Shown here in pieces: positions 47,495 through 52,606 of a stretch of 52,606 bases of DNA (position 1 is its first letter; each line of letters opens with the position of its first letter). This DNA comes from an uncultured Gammaproteobacteria bacterium (GTDB lineage: Bacteria > Patescibacteriota > Patescibacteriia > Magasanikbacterales > UBA922): NCBI GenBank assembly GCA_964433095.1, contig CAYSPW010000005.1:1-52606 (forward strand), in the 5' to 3' direction. The notes beneath the pieces are model-generated. The model worked only from the letters and a program-made list of their open reading frames with translations. It was not told the DNA's origin and searched no databases. Made by a program: the position numbers and the translations under genes.

Positions 47495-48754
47495 ATGGGA
47501 CGGAAACAAAATATGGAGTTGATTACCGGCCTTGATATCGGCTCGAGCGCGGTTCGGATTGTTGTTGGTCAATATGATCCAAACGAGAAAGCAGGCTCCG
47601 GACTGAGCATTATCGGTTCGGCTGAAGTTCCTTCCGAAGGAGTGCATAAGGGAGTTATTACCAGCATTGAAGAATGCGTTTCATCGGTTTCAAATGCTCT
47701 TGAGAAAGCGGAAAGGATGACCGGACACGCGGTGGATCATGTTTGGGTGGGAATTTCGGGCACTGATATAATCTCTCAAGAATCCAAAGGAGTGGTTGCG
47801 ATAGCCAAGACCGACGGAGAAATTGACGAGAGCGATGTGGAGCGGGCGGTGGAAGCGGCCAGAACGGTAGCCGCGCCGTTAAATTATGAAGTTTTACATG
47901 TAATTCCGATGACTTTTTCCGTCGACGGACAGACCGGAATTAAAGATCCGGTGGGTATGACCGGCATCAGGCTTGAGGCTGACACCAAAATCATTTACGG
48001 ATTAACTTCGCATACTAAAAATGTTACCAAAGCGGTCTATCGGGCCGGAGTGGATATTGATGACTTGGTGCTATCAATATTGGCGAACGGAGAAGTGGTT
48101 ACAACGGCGAGGCAAAAGGAGTTGGGCGTGGCGGTGGTAAATATCGGCTCCTCAACCACCAGTCTGGTGGTGTATGAAGACGGGGACGTAGTACACACGG
48201 CCGCTATTCCGGTGGGATCGGAACATATTACCAATGATATTGCTATTGGCCTGAGAAGTTCAATAGACGTGGCTGAAAGGGTAAAAATATATTTCGGTGA
48301 ATGTGAATCCAAGAAAATATTGAAAAAAGAGAAGATAAACTTGAAGGATTGCGGTGCTGAAAGTTATGAAGAAGTGAAAAAAAAATATGTAGCCGAAATT
48401 ATTGGCGCCAGAGTGTCGGAAATTCTGGAAAAAGTAAATGACGAGCTGGCAAAAGTGCAGAGATCCGGAGTACTGCCGGCCGGAGTAATCTTTACCGGCG
48501 GCGGATCTAAGATCGGTGGATTGGTGGAATTCTCAAAAGATATCATGGGACTTCCGGCCACGATCGGATATCCGCTGGAAGTAACCGGCATCGCCGATAA
48601 AGTTAAAAATTTATCCTTCAGTACCGCTATTGGCCTGGTGCGATGGGGTGTAATGCTGCGGGGGAGCGTTGGAAAATCAGGCCGGAGGTTTTTTTCCGGT
48701 AGCGGCAAGTTTTTGGAAAAAATTCAAGCCTTGTTTAAATCCTTAATTCCCTAA
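47495..48754 (+). CDS. ftsA: Cell division protein FtsA
   Basis: GLDIGSS, PVGMTGIRLE, ITNDIAIGLR, TGGGSKI, amphipathic C-terminus; start uncertain. Confidence 0.96.
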   Translation: MGRKQNMELITGLDIGSSAVRIVVGQYDPNEKAGSGLSIIGSAEVPSEGVHKGVITSIEECVSSVSNALEKAERMTGHAVDHVWVGISGTDIISQESKGVVAIAKTDGEIDESDVERAVEAARTVAAPLNYEVLHVIPMTFSVDGQTGIKDPVGMTGIRLEADTKIIYGLTSHTKNVTKAVYRAGVDIDDLVLSILANGEVVTTARQKELGVAVVNIGSSTTSLVVYEDGDVVHTAAIPVGSEHITNDIAIGLRSSIDVAERVKIYFGECESKKILKKEKINLKDCGAESYEEVKKKYVAEIIGARVSEILEKVNDELAKVQRSGVLPAGVIFTGGGSKIGGLVEFSKDIMGLPATIGYPLEVTGIADKVKNLSFSTAIGLVRWGVMLRGSVGKSGRRFFSGSGKFLEKIQALFKSLIP

Positions 48755-48804
48755 AAAAATTTAAAATTGTGTACGACTGGCGTGCTTCAGTCTTTTTTTA
48801 CTTA

Positions 48805-48856
48805 TCAACAGAGCGTTTCCGCTTCTGTTGACAGCCGCAGTCAAAATATATACAAT
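48805..48856 (+). promoter_or_regulatory. ftsZ promoter with inverted repeat overlapping the -35
   Basis: TTGACA(48828)-17 nt-TACAAT(48851); TCAACAGAGCG/CGCTTCTGTTGA imperfect inverted repeat 48805-48831. Confidence 0.6.
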
Positions 48857-48957
48857 AAATATATAAAAAAAGACGGTTTTTAAAGTAGGTGAACAATAAA
48901 TTTGTTCATGAATAACAAATATTTTCAATTTCTGAACCAAAATAATATTCATTGTAT

Positions 48958-50172
48958 ATGCCACAGGTAAAACCGGCAATTGAGACTTTCGCGCAAATCA
49001 AAGTTATAGGAGTAGGCGGATCCGGCGGATCGGCTGTTGATCGTATGGTAAAAGAAGGGATCCGCGGCGTGGATTTTATCGCCATGAACACGGATGTACA
49101 GGCTCTACACCACAACAACGCGGCCAAAAAAATTCATATCGGAAAATCGGTTACCCGCGGTCTGGGTGCCGGCATGGATCCGGAAATGGGCAAGCGCAGC
49201 GCCGAAGAATCTCAAAACGAAATTCGCGAAGCGCTCAAAGACACTGACATGGTTTTTATCACCTGCGGATTGGGTGGTGGCACCGGTTCCGGCGCCAGCC
49301 CCATAATTGCCGAGATAGCACGCGACTTGGGCGTGTTGACTGTGTCCGTTGTAACCAGACCTTTCAGTTTTGAAGGTCCGCAGCGCAAAGATATCGCCGA
49401 TTCCGCTTACGAAGAATTGGAACGAAATGTTGATACCATTATCACCATTCCCAACGATCGCGTGCTGCAAATAATAGATAAGAAAACTTCTCTTTTGGAA
49501 GCGTTTAAAATTGTTGACGATGTATTGCGTCAAGGCGTGCAAGGCATTTCCGAGTTGATAACCGTACCCGGCCTGATCAACGTGGACTTTGCCGATGTTA
49601 AAACCATTATGCAAAACACCGGATCGGCCTTAATGGGCATCGGTATGGGCAACGGCGACAATCGCGCGGTGGAAGCGGCTAAATCGGCCATTTCCAGTCC
49701 ATTGCTGGAATTGTCTATAGACGGCGCGCGCGGTATACTTTTTACCATTACCGGCGGTGGTAGCCTGGGTATGCAAGAAGTTGCCGAAGCGGCAAAGATA
49801 ATCACCAGTTCAGCGGATGATGACGCTAAAGTGATTTTCGGCGCGGTGGTGGATGAGGGCATGGGTGAAGATATCAGGATAACCGTAATCGCCACCGGTT
49901 TTGAAGATCGGGAGCGGCCGATAGCCATTCCCAAAACTTTGGACGCGGATTCCAAAAACAAAAGGCCGTTTTACTCTTCCGGATTGTTCAATAGAAAAAA
50001 AGAAGATGCCGATGCCGAAGAAGCGGAGACGGAAAAGGGAGACAAGCAAAGGATTGAAGAATTGGACAAGATGAGTTTTAGCAAAAAGAAAATTAACAAG
50101 CAAGAAGAAAAAGAAGAAGACGAGGAAGATTTGGAAATTCCGGCTTTCATTCGTAAGAAAATGGGAATGTAG
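48958..50172 (+). CDS. ftsZ: Cell division protein FtsZ
   Basis: GLGGGTGSG tubulin motif, INVDFADV, C-terminal LEIPAFIRK. Confidence 0.99.
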   Translation: MPQVKPAIETFAQIKVIGVGGSGGSAVDRMVKEGIRGVDFIAMNTDVQALHHNNAAKKIHIGKSVTRGLGAGMDPEMGKRSAEESQNEIREALKDTDMVFITCGLGGGTGSGASPIIAEIARDLGVLTVSVVTRPFSFEGPQRKDIADSAYEELERNVDTIITIPNDRVLQIIDKKTSLLEAFKIVDDVLRQGVQGISELITVPGLINVDFADVKTIMQNTGSALMGIGMGNGDNRAVEAAKSAISSPLLELSIDGARGILFTITGGGSLGMQEVAEAAKIITSSADDDAKVIFGAVVDEGMGEDIRITVIATGFEDRERPIAIPKTLDADSKNKRPFYSSGLFNRKKEDADAEEAETEKGDKQRIEELDKMSFSKKKINKQEEKEEDEEDLEIPAFIRKKMGM

Positions 50173-50273
50173 GGGAACAATAATTTTATTCAACTATGAA
50201 TGTCGCTTAATGGCGGCATTCTTTTAATATCTTATCCGGGTGTGATATACTTAATGATAATTATCATGTATAT

Positions 50274-50738
50274 ATGTATTGTCCGGTTTGCGGTTCAAAA
50301 GAAACAAAAGTAATTGATTCGCGGTTGAGTCAAGATGGCATGGGAATCAGGCGACGCAGAGAGTGCGTGAAATGCGCTTATCGTTTTTCCACTTTGGAAG
50401 AGTCGGAGATTTTGGATATCGTTGTTATTAAAAACGACGGCCGGCGAGAATCCTACACCCGCGATAAGCTGCAAAAAGGAATAGTGCGTTCGCTGACCAA
50501 GCGTCATTATACCAGAGAACGATTTGATAGACTGATTCATTCCATAGAGCGAGACATCCAAAAAAAGCGCAAGCGCGAAATTACCAGCAAGGAAATCGGC
50601 GAAATACTGATGAAGCATCTAAAGAAATTTGATAAAGTGGCCTACATTCGCTTTGCGTCCATTTATCGTGCTTTTGCCGATGTTGATAAGTTCAAAAGCG
50701 AGATAAAGTCTTTGGAAAAAAACAAGAAAAAAAAGTAA
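50274..50738 (+). CDS. nrdR: Transcriptional repressor NrdR
   Basis: CPVC..TKVIDSR..IRRRREC..C..RFSTLE; VAYIRFASIY. Confidence 0.97.
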   Translation: MYCPVCGSKETKVIDSRLSQDGMGIRRRRECVKCAYRFSTLEESEILDIVVIKNDGRRESYTRDKLQKGIVRSLTKRHYTRERFDRLIHSIERDIQKKRKREITSKEIGEILMKHLKKFDKVAYIRFASIYRAFADVDKFKSEIKSLEKNKKKK

Positions 50739-50750
50739 TATTTATTTGAT

Positions 50751-51071
50751 ATGGCAAAAAAACAAACCCAAGAAAAAAGAAACCAAGGCGGCCCTCAGTC
50801 GGCGGCCGGTGACTCGCTTGAAGATTTGGCAAAAAAAAATATCCGTTGGTCGCGGGTAATTTACAATCAGAATAAAAAAATAAAATCACGATTGACATGG
50901 ATGGCGGTGGGAAATTATTTGCGTTTGCTAATATTGATTATACCAATCATTCTTGGTATCATTTATCTCCCTTCCATTTTGGAAGAATTTTGGCAAGTGT
51001 ATGCCGATATTTTGGGTGGAGTTTCGGAACATGGTTCTTTTAGTAAAATTTTGAATCAGATGGCCAACTAA
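50751..51071 (+). CDS. Hypothetical single-TM membrane protein
   Basis: 106-aa ORF tightly packed between nrdR and pyk; hydrophobic LLILIIPIILGIIYLP. Confidence 0.75.
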   Translation: MAKKQTQEKRNQGGPQSAAGDSLEDLAKKNIRWSRVIYNQNKKIKSRLTWMAVGNYLRLLILIIPIILGIIYLPSILEEFWQVYADILGGVSEHGSFSKILNQMAN

Positions 51072-51090
51072 ATTAAACTTTATAGAGAAT

Positions 51091-52530
51091 ATGAAAAAAA
51101 GAACCAAAATAGTGTGCACTATCGGTCCGTCGTCTCAGTCAAAGCAAATTCTCAGCAAAATGGTCGCCGCCGGCATGAACGTGGCCAGGTTGAACTTTTC
51201 CCATGGTAGTTATGAGAATCATAAAGAACTGATAGAAAATATCCGCCGGGTGGAGCAAGAGAGTGATGAGCCGATTGCCGTTTTGCAGGATTTACAAGGA
51301 CCGAAGATCAGAGTGGGTTTGCTGCCCGAGCGGGGGGTGGAAATTGAGGCGGGCGAGGAGGTGGTATTTGATACTTCATTGAAAGAATACCAAGACGGTA
51401 TGATACCAATTGATTATTCCAAGCTTCATACTTATTTGCGCGCGCGAGAAAGAATACTTTTATGCGACGGCAAGGTGGAGGTTTTGATTAATAAAATATC
51501 CGGAACTAGAATTTATACAAAAGCAGCGGTGGGGGGTAAATTGTCTTCACACAAGGGTATCAACGTGCCGGATTCCAAGCTGGGCATGAGGGCGTTGACC
51601 AACAAAGACAAGCAGGACGCCCGCTTCGGAGTTGAACGCGGCGTGGACATGGTGGCGCTGTCTTTTGTCACCAAGGCGGAAGATATTATTGACTTGCGCT
51701 ATGTGATAAAAGATCAACAGAGAGAGCTGGGCATAAAAAACAAGGCGTCGGTCATGATTATCGCCAAGATAGAAAGGCATGAGGCGGTTGACAATATTGA
51801 CCAGATTTTGGACGTGGTGGACGGTATCATGGTGGCAAGAGGTGATCTGGGCATAGAAATACCGGCCGAAGAGGTGCCACTGGTGCAAAAACAGCTGATT
51901 GACAAAGCCATGGAAGCGGGAAAGCCGGTCATAGTGGCCACTCAGATGCTGGATTCCATGCAGGAAAATCCGCGTCCGACCAGGGCCGAGGTTTCGGACG
52001 TGGCCAACGCGGTGATTGATCATACCGACGCGGTAATGTTGTCCAATGAAACCGCCACCGGTCGTTATCCGGTAATAACGGTCTCCACAATGAGCGACAT
52101 CATCAGGGAAACCGAAAAATCCCGGTATGACGATTTGGCTATTCGGGAGCCGCGCAACAAGCTGCATAAAACAGATGACGTGATTTCTCAGATGTCCAGG
52201 ATGTTGGCGGAAAGAGTGAATTCCAAGCTCATTTTAGCCGCGTCTTTTTCCGGGGATACCGGTAGGCTGATCAGCCGTTACCGTCCGGAGCTACCGATAG
52301 TGGTTGCCACCAGCGAAAAAAGAGTCAGGAGGCAGCTGAATTTATCCTGGGGCGTGGTGCCTTTTATTTTGCCCCAATGTTCCAGCATTGAAGAGTTGGT
52401 GGAGCGCTCTATCAACTATATGAAGCAACATAAGATAGTAAAGCGGGCCGATAAAATTATCGTGGTGGCCGGCGAGCCGGTCGGTCATGCCGGACATGTG
52501 AATTTGCTGGAAGTCAGGGAAGTGGATTGA
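51091..52530 (+). CDS. pyk: Pyruvate kinase
   Basis: RTKIVCTIGP, ARLNFSHG, DLQGPKIR, MVARGDLG, ATQMLDSM, PTRAEVSDVANA. Confidence 0.98.
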   Translation: MKKRTKIVCTIGPSSQSKQILSKMVAAGMNVARLNFSHGSYENHKELIENIRRVEQESDEPIAVLQDLQGPKIRVGLLPERGVEIEAGEEVVFDTSLKEYQDGMIPIDYSKLHTYLRARERILLCDGKVEVLINKISGTRIYTKAAVGGKLSSHKGINVPDSKLGMRALTNKDKQDARFGVERGVDMVALSFVTKAEDIIDLRYVIKDQQRELGIKNKASVMIIAKIERHEAVDNIDQILDVVDGIMVARGDLGIEIPAEEVPLVQKQLIDKAMEAGKPVIVATQMLDSMQENPRPTRAEVSDVANAVIDHTDAVMLSNETATGRYPVITVSTMSDIIRETEKSRYDDLAIREPRNKLHKTDDVISQMSRMLAERVNSKLILAASFSGDTGRLISRYRPELPIVVATSEKRVRRQLNLSWGVVPFILPQCSSIEELVERSINYMKQHKIVKRADKIIVVAGEPVGHAGHVNLLEVREVD

Positions 52531-52606
52531 TTGGATATTTTATCCACCTTAAAGCGATTCTTTGTCGTTTAGCAAGGAATTGTTTTTATGGTATAATATT
52601 TAAACA

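Noticed and set aside
33595-52530. Long antisense ORFs (34690-35412, 44856-45473, 45515-46345, 51547-52167)
   Set aside because: Shadows of well-supported plus-strand genes, with no recognisable motifs

Overview
Core-genome window of a Patescibacteria (CPR) bacterium. The assignment rests on the absence of rpmD, divergent 16S primer sites, an unlinked 16S gene and CPR-type pilin proteins; class ABY1 is a tentative inference. Genetic code 11. Gene order: 3' half of an unlinked 16S rRNA; an acidic hypothetical gene; tuf-rpsJ and the S10/spc cluster to secY-adk (L30 absent, alpha cluster not attached); tgt, uvrD/pcrA, ndk; a small accessory patch (candidate ncRNA/sORF, class I glutamine amidotransferase, glutamate-cysteine-ligase-family enzyme, 6S-like RNA, two tRNA-Pro, rpmB); M50 protease; rpsL-rpsG-fusA-rpsP-khpA; tRNA-Val/Ile; lepB, hisS, rpsU, yqeY; a 15-kb surface-protein cluster (two VirB2/TrbC-like pilin-anchored proteins, one about 3,500 aa, plus three membrane-anchored TSP3-repeat proteins); then ybeY, dgkA, ftsA, ftsZ, nrdR, a hypothetical gene and pyk. 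Highlights: (1) a modular giant pilin-fused adhesin with an inserted FISUMP domain and an internal type IV pilin-like head; (2) core genes largely lack Shine-Dalgarno sites while rpsU carries a 9-10 nt SD, as in Bacteroidota bS21 autoregulation; (3) elements missing from the ORF track, namely rpmB, a 30-aa peptide with a 10-nt SD, a 6S-like RNA and structured r-protein leaders. All calls come from reading the sequence by eye; no searches were run.
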